64,000 nt of DNA from a virus, in the IMG/VR virus record IMGVR_UViG_3300026320_000001, positions 64,001 to 128,000 of that record. One strand, 5' to 3'. How positions within the stretch are numbered: position 1 is the stretch's first letter; each line of letters opens with the position of its first letter. The position numbers were made by a program, and so were the translations under genes. The notes beneath the pieces were generated by a model, which saw nothing but the letters and a program-made list of their open reading frames with translations, ran no database searches and had not been told where the DNA came from. Shown piece by piece: positions 31,611-42,182 of the stretch.

Positions 31611-34600
31611 CTATTCTTGAAATAAATCTGCGCGCCTATTAAAACCACGATTTTGCATTGTTTTATTTAATTCTGAAATAACTTTTTGTGCTATTTTTTC
31701 AATATCTGGAAGAACTGAACGGTCAAGATTTCCAGAAACAGTTATATCCATTAATTTCTCAATATTTATTCCTCCTGAACCAGATGATTGAACCATTGAT
31801 TGAGGTAAAATATTTGACATAAAATTATGCATTTGTTTAGGATTTATAACAAGTTCTCCGTCCATAAGCTTATTAAATTCTTCATTGGATTTTAATTTCG
31901 GTGCGCCTCCAACAAATCCAGATTTTATACCATCATGTCTATGTGGAACAACGGGAGTGATGGTAGAAGATGGTGTAAACGCTCCAGCACCTCCAGCAAC
32001 TCCTCCAAGTCCAGCCAAAGATGTTCTATATTGTTCTACTGCCATTCTTGCAGAATCCCACATTTGAACAATATCTTTATCAATTCCAGTTCCATATTCA
32101 CTATTCCAAGCAATTAAATCTTTATAAACACTTGAATTTTTATCGGCAATCAAGTCTAATGCTTGTTTATTTATATTGCCTTCTTTTGATAAATAATCAT
32201 CAATTAATTGTATTTGGTCTTGTAATGATTTTTCTTTTGCGTTATAAGAATTATCAAGTTCTTCAACTCTTATATCGTATCTTCTTTGAGCCGCTTGTTG
32301 TTCATCATCAATTTCTCTTAAGCGTAAACTATATGATTCTTCATAATTCTTTTTTTCTTGGTCAATTGAATCGGTTTGTAATTGTGAAGTTTCTTGTGCA
32401 ATTTGTTTTTCATGTTCCAATGCTTGATTTTGAAGATTATATTGTCTATCAGCAACATCCTGAGACATTCCCTTTTGTAATTTAGCGGCTTCATCTTCTA
32501 GTTGCAATTTCTTTGCTTGTGCTTCGGCACTATCATCAAGTCCTAAAACAATTATTTGTGCTTCTAAATCTGAAAGTTTTTTTTGATTTTCTTCAGTTTT
32601 ATTATTATAATCGTCTTCTGCTTTTTTAGCTTTTAATAATTCTTCTTGTGCAGATATGATTTTTAGATAAGAATCAAGCTCATCTTTTATTGCTTGTTTT
32701 CTATCATCGGCATTTTGTTGTTCATCTTCTTTTTGTCTTTGTAGACTTGTTTTCTCATCATCATAAATTTGTTTTTGTCTGTCTAATTGGTCTTTGTATT
32801 CTTTTTTTCTTTGTTCAATTACATTTTTATAATCCGAAAGTTCTTGTTTGAGATTATCTTTTTCTTGTTTCTTTATATCCTTTAACATTTCAACAACATT
32901 TTTTGTTAATGCTTTGAATGCATCTTTAGATTCTTTTGTAACCTGAGAAATTGGAGAATCTGACGATGAAGATATTTGACTGGATGCTTGTTTTACAGTA
33001 TTTACAACAGTTGCAAGTTGTTTAGCAATTTCTTGGTCTATTTTATCGCCATTTTTTAAAGTATTTAATAAAACATCTTGTTGTGCTTTATCTAAAGAAT
33101 AATATGAAGTTTTTATTTGATTCATGTATTCTTTTTGCAATAAAGCATCTTCTTTTAACTTCTCTGCCAAGCCTTTTGCGGCATAGGGAGTGATTATAAG
33201 ACTATTTGCCTGTCTTTGAAATTGTTCTATTTCCTGTCTTGTTTTCTTATATGCATTTATGTCGGCTTCATAACTTTTTTTATTTGCTAAAGAAAGTTTT
33301 TCTTTTTCAATATCAATTTCTTCTTTTTTTAAATCTAGAAGTGCTTTTAAATTAACTGTTTCATCAATTATGAAATTGCCTTGTTCATCATAATATCCTG
33401 AAACTGTAGGAAGAATATCTCTCAAATCTGATTGAACTTTAAAAAATCTTTCTTGTTCATCATTTGTTTTACTTGTTTTATTTTTTAATGATTCAAATTC
33501 TTTCCATAAATCTTTGATGGAATCTGATTGTTTATTTAGTTTAGATAAATTAGCGGCACTTTCTTTTGCATTCATAGATAATTGATTTAATTTATCTCTT
33601 GTTTCATCAACAGTATCATTAAAATAATTAAATGCTAAAACAGCCGCACCAATGGCTAGTACAGCAAATCCAAATGGATTTGCTTCCATAATTAAGGTTA
33701 ATGCCGCCCATGCATCAGTTAATGTTGTTATACCAACAGCAGAAACAATAGCCGCTCCATTGAATGCCAATAGGGAAGTGGTTATAACTCCAAAAAGTGC
33801 TGGAAGTCCACCAGCCAAAGATATTATATTTAATAATCCTGAACCAATATCATATAATGCAGGAACTAATCCACTAGATACAGTTCCTTGTATTAATTTT
33901 TCCCATGAAGCAATAAATCTATTTTGTGCGGCTTCTGCGCTTTTCAAATAAATTGAATATCTATCCATTGCAAGACCAGCAGAATTTGATTCTTCTGTTT
34001 GCAATTTCAATGCTTCGTTCATATGTCCCATAAGAACATAGAAAATATTAGCTTGACGTACACCGGCGATACTTTTTGCTATATTGGCTTGCTCTGTATC
34101 ACTTAAGCCATTCCATTTAGCTGAAACATCTTCTAATACATCAGACATATTTCTAAATTGATGTTGACTATCTCTCAATGGAACATCTATTCTTGCCAAA
34201 GCAGATTCAACATTATTTAAACCAAGACCATCTTCATCAATTTTTCCAGCTTTAATATCTTGCATACGAGCAAACATGGTTTTAAATGATTGACCAATTG
34301 TTTCTGCGCTTTGTCTGGTAACAGAACTAACTACACCAATATAACTTATTAGTTTATCAAGACTTACTCCGGCTTGTTGACCTGACGCCGCTGAATATTG
34401 TAATGCTGTTGCCAATTCACCAGCGCTTGTTGCGGCAACATTATCTACAGCTATCAATTTATCAACAACACTTGAAGCATCTTTTGCTTCTAGTTTATAT
34501 GAATTTAATGTTGCTGTTAAATAATTTGTTGCATCTGCTGTTTCAAGATTTCCAAGTTTTGAAAGCATTAAACTTGAACGAAGTAATTCTTGTGTTTCTG

Positions 34601-35339
34601 CAATGCTTTTACCTTGTCTTAACCACTCAACACTTCCTTGTGCGACTTCGATAGTTGTTGCGCCTAATTCTCTTGCAAGTCTATTATAACTTAAAGCCAA
34701 AGCATTTACTTCTTCTGGTGTTTGCGCTCCAGTTACTTGCAAGACTTGAATATTTGTCATTTCTTTATTCAAATCTTTTACATATTGAATACCTTGTTTA
34801 ATTTGATTTAATGCACCATAAACTAATCCAATACTTGTTGCATATTGTAAAGTTCTTGAAATAGCATTTGATAAACCATCAGTCCAAGTTGCAATAGATT
34901 TAGTAGAACCTTGAACTACTTTTGTAGTTTGAACAAATCCAGCATTTTGTTCATCAGTAGCATTTTTTAATTTATAAGTTTCAGTAATTAAAGTATCTTG
35001 TGCATCTCTATATTTTACAATTTGACCAGTGACATCACCAGTATTATTTGTAATATTTGTTGTTTGAACATTTTTTCCTAAATCTTGTAATTCTTTTATT
35101 CTTGTTTGAATTTCATCAAGAGATTTTAATTCCATTTTAGCATCAATAAGTTGAATTTTTGATTTACTCTTATTGATAGAACTATTAACTTTGGCTGTAA
35201 AATCGCTAACATCTTTATCGTTTATATTTAATTTTAAATTTAAACTATATTTTTTTGATAAAGTGTCAACTTCTTCTTGAAGACTTGTTGCATCTATAGA
35301 TGCTTTTAAAATTAAACGATAATCTTTATTGCTTGCCAT
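31611..35339 (-). CDS. tail tape measure protein
   Basis: 1242 aa; TP901-type core (VVDKLIAVDN..ATSAGELATAL, IGQSFKTMFAR), TM segment, long coiled coil. Confidence 0.92.
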   Translation of the reverse strand: MASNKDYRLILKASIDATSLQEEVDTLSKKYSLNLKLNINDKDVSDFTAKVNSSINKSKSKIQLIDAKMELKSLDEIQTRIKELQDLGKNVQTTNITNNTGDVTGQIVKYRDAQDTLITETYKLKNATDEQNAGFVQTTKVVQGSTKSIATWTDGLSNAISRTLQYATSIGLVYGALNQIKQGIQYVKDLNKEMTNIQVLQVTGAQTPEEVNALALSYNRLARELGATTIEVAQGSVEWLRQGKSIAETQELLRSSLMLSKLGNLETADATNYLTATLNSYKLEAKDASSVVDKLIAVDNVAATSAGELATALQYSAASGQQAGVSLDKLISYIGVVSSVTRQSAETIGQSFKTMFARMQDIKAGKIDEDGLGLNNVESALARIDVPLRDSQHQFRNMSDVLEDVSAKWNGLSDTEQANIAKSIAGVRQANIFYVLMGHMNEALKLQTEESNSAGLAMDRYSIYLKSAEAAQNRFIASWEKLIQGTVSSGLVPALYDIGSGLLNIISLAGGLPALFGVITTSLLAFNGAAIVSAVGITTLTDAWAALTLIMEANPFGFAVLAIGAAVLAFNYFNDTVDETRDKLNQLSMNAKESAANLSKLNKQSDSIKDLWKEFESLKNKTSKTNDEQERFFKVQSDLRDILPTVSGYYDEQGNFIIDETVNLKALLDLKKEEIDIEKEKLSLANKKSYEADINAYKKTRQEIEQFQRQANSLIITPYAAKGLAEKLKEDALLQKEYMNQIKTSYYSLDKAQQDVLLNTLKNGDKIDQEIAKQLATVVNTVKQASSQISSSSDSPISQVTKESKDAFKALTKNVVEMLKDIKKQEKDNLKQELSDYKNVIEQRKKEYKDQLDRQKQIYDDEKTSLQRQKEDEQQNADDRKQAIKDELDSYLKIISAQEELLKAKKAEDDYNNKTEENQKKLSDLEAQIIVLGLDDSAEAQAKKLQLEDEAAKLQKGMSQDVADRQYNLQNQALEHEKQIAQETSQLQTDSIDQEKKNYEESYSLRLREIDDEQQAAQRRYDIRVEELDNSYNAKEKSLQDQIQLIDDYLSKEGNINKQALDLIADKNSSVYKDLIAWNSEYGTGIDKDIVQMWDSARMAVEQYRTSLAGLGGVAGGAGAFTPSSTITPVVPHRHDGIKSGFVGGAPKLKSNEEFNKLMDGELVINPKQMHNFMSNILPQSMVQSSGSGGINIEKLMDITVSGNLDRSVLPDIEKIAQKVISELNKTMQNRGFNRRADLFQE

Positions 35340-35381
35340 TTTTCCTCCTTCTCCTCACCAAGATAGGGAGGTGGTTATTAT

Positions 35382-36386
35382 TTAAGTAAATGCTTCATCT
35401 GACATATCCTCATCATCACGAATAACATATAATTCACTTGTTTGTGATGATTCATGTCCTAATAATTTTTGAACTACTTTTATATCGCGTCCCTGTTCTA
35501 CTACTAAACTCGTAGCACGTGACTCTCTCAAAATATGTGGGTGAAATCTTCTTCCCAATAATTTTGTAAAAATTGTTGTTCCCCATAAATTTAAAGTTGC
35601 CGGATTCAATTGTTTGACAACATGGTTATGTTTTGATACAAAAACATATGGACAATCATCATTTCCTCTAATTTCCATCCATTTTTTAATTGCCAACATA
35701 GATTCTTCATCAAATTGAAAAATTCTAATCTTACCGGCTTTTCCTTTTCCTTTACATCTAATTTTTCCAGTTAAATAATACGTGGCAGTTTTTATAATTT
35801 CATTTCCATTTTCATCTTTTACTTTTATTTCTTTTTCTTGTTTTTCTGCATTAATAACTTCTTTTAAAAGCTGAATAGATTCTGCTCTTCTACATCCGGT
35901 GCTAAAAGTAAATTTTAAATATGCTAAATGTTGCCACATTTCTAATTTTTCTAATTCTTTACACATTAAAGAATATTCTTCAAGAGTGGGAGGATTTTTT
36001 TCATTTACAAAAGCAGATGTGGGTGCAGATATTTTTTTAGTTATATAAGACCTAAAATTTAATTCTTCATAATATGTTTCAATATATGAGTTTAAAGATG
36101 AAACAGCCGCACGTTTTAATCTAACAGCAGAAGAAGAGAGTCCTCTTCTTGTCAAATAATTTTGATATAAAAGAAAATCTTTACTTTTTATTTTATCAAA
36201 ATCTTTATCTTCACAATTATCTTTAATATAACAAAAATATATACGAAGTGCAGATGTATATTGTGACAAAGTTTGGTCAGATAATTGAATACTTTCTTTT
36301 AAAAATTCTTCCACTATTTTTCTATTTTTTTGATTTATAGATGCCCATTGAACATCTGTAACTTCAGGTATTTTTTCAACTGTCAT
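35382..36386 (-). CDS. tyrosine recombinase with all catalytic residues
   Basis: TGCRRAE (R), GKGK (K), HPHILRES (HxxR), LLGH (H), SELY (Y). Confidence 0.92.
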   Translation of the reverse strand: MTVEKIPEVTDVQWASINQKNRKIVEEFLKESIQLSDQTLSQYTSALRIYFCYIKDNCEDKDFDKIKSKDFLLYQNYLTRRGLSSSAVRLKRAAVSSLNSYIETYYEELNFRSYITKKISAPTSAFVNEKNPPTLEEYSLMCKELEKLEMWQHLAYLKFTFSTGCRRAESIQLLKEVINAEKQEKEIKVKDENGNEIIKTATYYLTGKIRCKGKGKAGKIRIFQFDEESMLAIKKWMEIRGNDDCPYVFVSKHNHVVKQLNPATLNLWGTTIFTKLLGRRFHPHILRESRATSLVVEQGRDIKVVQKLLGHESSQTSELYVIRDDEDMSDEAFT

Positions 36387-37020
36387 TATTAATTGCTCCT
36401 CTATTTGGATAATCTTCTGGAAAATTTAATGGATGAGGCAAATTATTATTTATTATATATTCATCATATGCTTTTGCCGCATCAATTTCTGTATCATAAA
36501 TTCCAATGTGTATTGATTTATTATTTAATTTTAATGAGGCTCTCCAATATTTTTCATTTTTAAAAGAAACACCCCTATAAATAGATTTATATTTTATATT
36601 TGAACTTCTTTTTTTTGGGACTTTCATTCTTAATTTTCTTTCTTCTGAAAGATTTTTACCAAAAAGTGCCTTACGAATATTTTCTTTTGTTTCTTGGGAT
36701 GGAATCCATCCCAATGAACCTTCTCCTCCGTCAGTTAAATTATAACCATTTGGAGATTTGGTATTGAATTTTTTAATATAATAAATTTCTTTTTTTATTA
36801 GTTCTTCTCTTTCACATTTTTTAATTATATAAAATTTAAAATTATTTTCTCCATATTTATTCCAAGCATTTTGTAAATAATTATTTACATGTTTATTATT
36901 TTTTAAATTAAATTTATGAGAATTCCATCTTCCAATTATATCTAAACCTTTTCCAATATATTTTTTATTATTAATTAAATTTTCAATACAATAAATTCCA
37001 ATTATTTTATTAATTCTCAT
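36376..37020 (-). CDS. GIY-YIG endonuclease with NUMOD3/AP2
   Basis: GIYCIEN...KKYIG, GYNLTDGG, SIYRGV...AAKAYD...LNF. Confidence 0.9.
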   Translation of the reverse strand: MRINKIIGIYCIENLINNKKYIGKGLDIIGRWNSHKFNLKNNKHVNNYLQNAWNKYGENNFKFYIIKKCEREELIKKEIYYIKKFNTKSPNGYNLTDGGEGSLGWIPSQETKENIRKALFGKNLSEERKLRMKVPKKRSSNIKYKSIYRGVSFKNEKYWRASLKLNNKSIHIGIYDTEIDAAKAYDEYIINNNLPHPLNFPEDYPNRGAINNDS

Positions 37021-37462
37021 TTTTCATATCCTTAATAATAATTTCAACTCTTGGATTTAATTTATCATATTGGAAGGGATGAAATTTTAATCTTAAATTT
37101 TCTCCATTATCATCTATCAAAACCCCTGCGTCAACAAATCCATCATTAATCAATTTGGGTGTAAGCAGTAAATTATCGAAATCTCTTCTCCTATGGTCTG
37201 GAAAAAAGAAAGTGTATTCAAATTCTGCTTTATTTAATTTTAAATTAGCAACATCATAATAGCTTGCTAACCAAATTGAAAATTCTTTATATTTTTGTTT
37301 CAATGAATTTTGAACCATTCTTTTTATTGATGTAAAATAATTAAAAGAAGGTGGTATCGGTTTTTTTATTGGCATAACTTTTCTCTTTGGATATTTTTCA
37401 AAATAATAAATCATATATTTTTCTAAAATATCATTATTAATTATTATTTTATATTTATTCAT
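37010..37462 (-). CDS. rusA: RusA-like Holliday junction resolvase
   Basis: RRRDFDN...KLINDGFVDAGVLIDDN...PRVEI. Confidence 0.8.
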   Translation of the reverse strand: MNKYKIIINNDILEKYMIYYFEKYPKRKVMPIKKPIPPSFNYFTSIKRMVQNSLKQKYKEFSIWLASYYDVANLKLNKAEFEYTFFFPDHRRRDFDNLLLTPKLINDGFVDAGVLIDDNGENLRLKFHPFQYDKLNPRVEIIIKDMKNEN

Positions 37463-37498
37463 ATTCTTAATTTTATGTAGACTCTCACATAAGAGAGT

Positions 37499-38724
37499 CT
37501 ACATATTAACTCCTCTTTTTTTAAATTCTGAAGAAAATAATTTTTCTAATTCTCCCTCTTCAAACATTTCATGTATAAAACGATTCCAATAATCCGCACG
37601 CTGTTTGTGTCCAAATACATCATTTACATTAAGTAAATCAGCAAGACGTTTACGCATATCTTTTCCATTTTCAAAATGGCGACCAGAACCTCTATCAACG
37701 GTCATGACTTCCCAATTATAAAATAATTCTCTTGATATATCATTTAATGTTTTACGAGTTTCTTTTAGTCGAAATGCTTCTAGAAATTCATAAGAAGGAA
37801 TTCCAGAATTATCTTCATAATTCTTATTGGGGAAATAGTCCCAATGGTATGTTTCGGCAAGTATATGGTCTTTTAATTTTTCTCTTACTTGAATGCTAAC
37901 AGATTCAATAACTTCTCTTGTTATTTCTTCCATTAGAATTCTTAATTGGTTCTCGTTTTTTATATTCAATATCATCACCAAGAACTTTCTTTTTATTATT
38001 ATCCTGCTTTTTATTTATATGATTATGATTTTCATATTCGCAGGTTGGACAATATATATAATCTTTTTCATCTATAATCTCAACACCTTTAACAAGAACA
38101 GAATTATTTTCAACTCTTAGTTGAAGAATTCCACCACATTCTGGACAACGCTTTTTCAAAGTTCTTTTAAGACGACCCAACATATTATTTTACCGATTCT
38201 TTCATGATTGCTCCAACAGGAGTATTTTCTAATTCTTTGCTAAAATTTTTTATAATATTATTGATATTATCTAATCCTTCTTGTGAAAAATCGAATTCAG
38301 AAATTTTTTTAAGTAAAGGATTAATTTGCATCAAGAATGACTGAACAACATAAGCAATATTATCTTTTTTATTTTTTTCATATTCTAAAGCATCTTTTAG
38401 TGCCATTTCAAATTGTGGATAATTATCAATATTTCTCTTGATTTTTTCCCAAAGACCACTAGCAATAAATAATTCTATATTGAATTCATTTTCAATATCA
38501 ACATTGGTCATTAAATCTAAAACAGCTATAATATTTCCATATTGAGCAGAAATATAATTTCTTTCTTCATTTTCAAAATATATTTGCATAAATGTATTGA
38601 TTAATATTCTTTGTTTCTCAACATTCATATAACGTTCAACTTCTATTTTTTGACCATCAAATTCAACTGAATCTAATGATTTTTGTGATTCCTTTGATTT
38701 TATCCAAGCAATCTTCTTACTCAT
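37499..38724 (-). other. three tail-region hypothetical genes (37499-~37975, 37905-38183 zinc ribbon, 38185-38724 possible tail assembly chaperone)
   Basis: ORF track; position between the tail tube and TMP genes. Confidence 0.55.
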
Positions 38725-38875
38725 GTAATTCTCCTATTTTTTGCATTTTTTAATTATCATCTATTTTTTGTACTTTTTATGACTATATACAATAGTCATA
38801 AAAATAAACAAAAATACTAAAGATAAAAAATCATAAAAGTTATTTCACAGGTCAAATTGACCCGTAAATTCATTG

Positions 38876-38893
38876 ATGAAATGACTGTTTTAT
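38876..38893. repeat. junction inverted repeat with extended arms
   Basis: ATTGATGAAA TGACTG TTTTATCAAT (10-6-10), 11 bp past the stop of ORF 38905-39534. Confidence 0.85.
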
Positions 38894-38904
38894 CAATAGT
38901 ATTA

Positions 38905-39534
38905 TTATTTAATTAAAGACATAATCCAATCTGTTACTGGTTTGATGGTCATTACAAAATATAATGCTCCACCTCCATAAATTAATATTTTAGGTAGATT
39001 TTGTTTTATAAAAACTACCGAATCTATTTTTCCTTTGTTATCAACATCACTTATTTTTTGATTCATTTGAATAACATCATTTTTGATTGTGGTTATGTCA
39101 CTACTATTATCTTCAACTTTATTTCCAACTTTTTCTGTAAAATTTTTTAGTTCACCGACAGTTTTATCAAATCTTTCAAGTATGTCAGAAAACCTATTGA
39201 TAGTTTCATCAAATCTTTCTGCAAAAAGACCAAACTTAGTAATTGTTGCATTCATATCAACATAACCATCTTCTAACTTTCTAATTTTACTTATGTGTTC
39301 ATTTAATTCAGCCCGATGAGAGCGTATTTGTTCCTGAATACTGGCTTGTCCATTTCCCCTTACCAATATTTTATCATGAATTTTGAAACCATTTTCAAGA
39401 CGTTCAACATTTGGATTTATTGTATTAATTTTTTCTTCTATTGTTCTTAGTCTATTATGGTATTCATCGTTTAATTTTGAAAGTCTTTCGTACTCATTAG
39501 ACAATACAGCTAATCTTTCACTTTCCTCTCCCAC
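38905..39534 (-). CDS. coiled-coil protein with C-terminal TM helix (possibly lysis-associated)
   Basis: Heptad pattern, ILIYGGGALYFVMTI. Confidence 0.55.
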   Translation of the reverse strand: MGEESERLAVLSNEYERLSKLNDEYHNRLRTIEEKINTINPNVERLENGFKIHDKILVRGNGQASIQEQIRSHRAELNEHISKIRKLEDGYVDMNATITKFGLFAERFDETINRFSDILERFDKTVGELKNFTEKVGNKVEDNSSDITTIKNDVIQMNQKISDVDNKGKIDSVVFIKQNLPKILIYGGGALYFVMTIKPVTDWIMSLIK

Positions 39535-39775
39535 ATAACACCTCTCTAAATAAAATTTTATATATCCAGTTCTATTGCATCACCAGATTTTTTATTTTCA
39601 AAATTTCCAATTATTTTTTCACCATTACCATTATTATCAATAACAATATAGTTTTTACCAACAGCAATAATTTTATATAATTGTTTCATAAATTTCTTTT
39701 TTTCTTTTTTTGATTCTTCTTTATATTCTTTTTCTTCCTTAAAATCATTGAACATAAACACCTCCAATTTAAATA

Positions 39776-39812
39776 ATAAGCGATATAAGAAAAAATTCCT
39801 ATATCGCTTATA
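39776..39812 (-). terminator. hairpin after the major tail protein gene
   Basis: TAAGCGATATA...TATATCGCTTA. Confidence 0.6.
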
Positions 39813-39820
39813 TCTAATTA

Positions 39821-40855
39821 TTAAGTTGTTGTTACTGTAACATTTGCATCTATCGAAGTTTTAGCTGTTATTGTTGCTGAAATCAAAGCTGAACCACTAG
39901 AAATCCATGTTACTAGTCCACCATGAAGAGACACGGTTGCATCACCCGTAGAACTAGAACCAAATGTCAAATCAGCTAATGGTGCTAAGAAGGCGGCCCC
40001 ACTTGATGGAACTGCCCATACAACCAATTGTTTTGTTCCTGAAGCAAGAGTAAAATCACCACCTTGAATTCCAAGAGCAACGACGGAATCATACCAATTT
40101 GCATTATCTAATATTTCTATTAATTTTGCAAGAACTGGTGTATTCAAGCATGAAGCTGTTGTCAAATCAGTATTTGCTAAAGCACGAATTTTCAATGGAG
40201 TTGTAGAAACACCATCCGATGTCATTGACAAAGAAAATGCACCAGTCAAAGTAGCTGTTGGAACAATAATTTGAACAACACCAATTCTACTAGTTGTTTC
40301 TTGTGAACTAATTAAAAGAGTTTCCATTTCAACTCTAACAATTGATGGTAGAACATCTGCTTCGATTGTTAATGAACGAGCCGCAGAATTTAAATGATAA
40401 TATCTTACACAAACAACATCACCACTTGTACCTGTACTAGATGCAAAAGTTGAACCTGAGAATGTAACTTTATCAACTGTTCCGTCAATTTGAGTTACCC
40501 AACCGTAGATTGTTGTTCCTGTTACGGACAATGGAGTTCCTGTAACTGTTCCGCTTCCAGATGCTCCTAAAGTAATTGTTTCTTCTGTATAAACATTATC
40601 TCCAGTTACAATTGATTTTCCAACCGCAGTTGCAAGAAAATCTAAATTAAATTGTGTATCATTAACAGTTAAATTTAAATCACTTGTATGATAATAAATT
40701 GCTTGTAGTTGACTACCGCGTCCACCTCTAATGTCAGTATTTCCAAGTGTCATTTCAAGACTTGAATCTACTAATGTTTTTCCAATAGCAATTAAACTAT
40801 CGTTTGAAACATCATAAAGTCTAACATCGGCAACCGAAACCATAAATTTTTTCAT
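39821..40855 (-). CDS. major tail tube protein with C-terminal Ig-like extension
   Basis: KTL.DSS....DIRGG.G motif, strong AGGAGG RBS, position. Confidence 0.75.
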   Translation of the reverse strand: MKKFMVSVADVRLYDVSNDSLIAIGKTLVDSSLEMTLGNTDIRGGRGSQLQAIYYHTSDLNLTVNDTQFNLDFLATAVGKSIVTGDNVYTEETITLGASGSGTVTGTPLSVTGTTIYGWVTQIDGTVDKVTFSGSTFASSTGTSGDVVCVRYYHLNSAARSLTIEADVLPSIVRVEMETLLISSQETTSRIGVVQIIVPTATLTGAFSLSMTSDGVSTTPLKIRALANTDLTTASCLNTPVLAKLIEILDNANWYDSVVALGIQGGDFTLASGTKQLVVWAVPSSGAAFLAPLADLTFGSSSTGDATVSLHGGLVTWISSGSALISATITAKTSIDANVTVTTT

Positions 40856-40870
40856 GAATTACCTCCTATA

Positions 40871-41614
40871 TTATTTTTTACCACTTAATTTTTTTTCAAC
40901 TGAATCTGTGGCAATAAGATTTTCGTTTCTATCTGATTCTAAATCAGACATCCAATGTTTTATAAAACTTTTATCTTTAAATTCCACAAGTCCACTTAAT
41001 GAGGCAGATAAATATATTTGATAATGAAGTTTTACGTCAACTCTTTGTAATGTTTTTACAAATTTTCTTATTGTCATATTAAAAATATCATCCATATTCA
41101 TAGATGTAGAAATTAATATGCATATTATTTGGTCTTCAAGAGAACCCATTCTTGTATTAGAAGATTTGTTTTTAAAATTTCTTGCTTCCTTTAATTTATC
41201 TCGAATTTCTTTTTGAATTGTTTCATCTTCCAATTCTATTGAATTTTGTTCACATATAATTTTTCTTATGTTTTCAAAATCATTTCCATTAATAATTTTA
41301 TCATCAATTTTTATTATTGGTTTTTTTTTATTATCAAAACCAAATGATATGTTTTCATTATCAATTTTTGTAGACAATGATAATATTATGTTTAATTTTT
41401 CTAATAAATTATTTTGTTTATTAGATATGGAAAAAAGATATTCGAGATAATTCATAGTAATTATATTAACATCTGGAATGCTATTTTTATCAATTGTTAA
41501 ACAATCAATATAATAATTAAATAATATGTAATCTGACATTAACACTGGATAAAGTAAAATTCCATTTATTGGAACTGGCTTATCAAAGATATAAAAAAAA
41601 TCTCTTGAATTCAT
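40871..41614 (-). CDS. tail assembly protein
   Basis: MTIRKF...HW motif, position. Confidence 0.5.
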   Translation of the reverse strand: MNSRDFFYIFDKPVPINGILLYPVLMSDYILFNYYIDCLTIDKNSIPDVNIITMNYLEYLFSISNKQNNLLEKLNIILSLSTKIDNENISFGFDNKKKPIIKIDDKIINGNDFENIRKIICEQNSIELEDETIQKEIRDKLKEARNFKNKSSNTRMGSLEDQIICILISTSMNMDDIFNMTIRKFVKTLQRVDVKLHYQIYLSASLSGLVEFKDKSFIKHWMSDLESDRNENLIATDSVEKKLSGKK

Positions 41615-42153
41615 TATCCCACCTTTGCAGACATGACTATTCTTTTTCCTTTGAATGGAATTTGACCAGAAGGATATTCTCTATTTTCTTTATTTCCCAT
41701 TACATCAAAAAATAAATTTCCCAATGCTCCAATACCATTCCAACCATTAAATTTTTCTATTATGATTTGACAAATAGTATCAGTTCTTGTTGTATAATTA
41801 CTCAATGTATTGACTCTATAATGTGCATATACGTCAAAATTCATTGATATTGTTCCAACAGTTCTATTTTCAGGAAATATAGAATAAGGCCAAATTCTTA
41901 TAACACAAGCTTCATGTACCCATGCATTGATTTGTCCTTCATCAGAAAATACTCTAAATAGAGTTTCATCCTTTTGACCCCCATATATCAATGATTGTTT
42001 TTGACTCAAAGTTAAATTTGGTTTTTTCCATGCATCTGCATCACTATAGAACATCAATTTCCAAGTCATCTCATCAGTTTCTAACAAATATTTTATACAA
42101 TTATATGAATAATTTGGAAGATTTGAATATTTATTATAGGCAAATGAATCCAT
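41614..42153 (-). CDS. tail completion/terminator-like protein
   Basis: Position and size. Confidence 0.5.
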   Translation of the reverse strand: MDSFAYNKYSNLPNYSYNCIKYLLETDEMTWKLMFYSDADAWKKPNLTLSQKQSLIYGGQKDETLFRVFSDEGQINAWVHEACVIRIWPYSIFPENRTVGTISMNFDVYAHYRVNTLSNYTTRTDTICQIIIEKFNGWNGIGALGNLFFDVMGNKENREYPSGQIPFKGKRIVMSAKVG

Positions 42154-42182
42154 ATTATAAAACTCCTTTAAATTCTAACATA

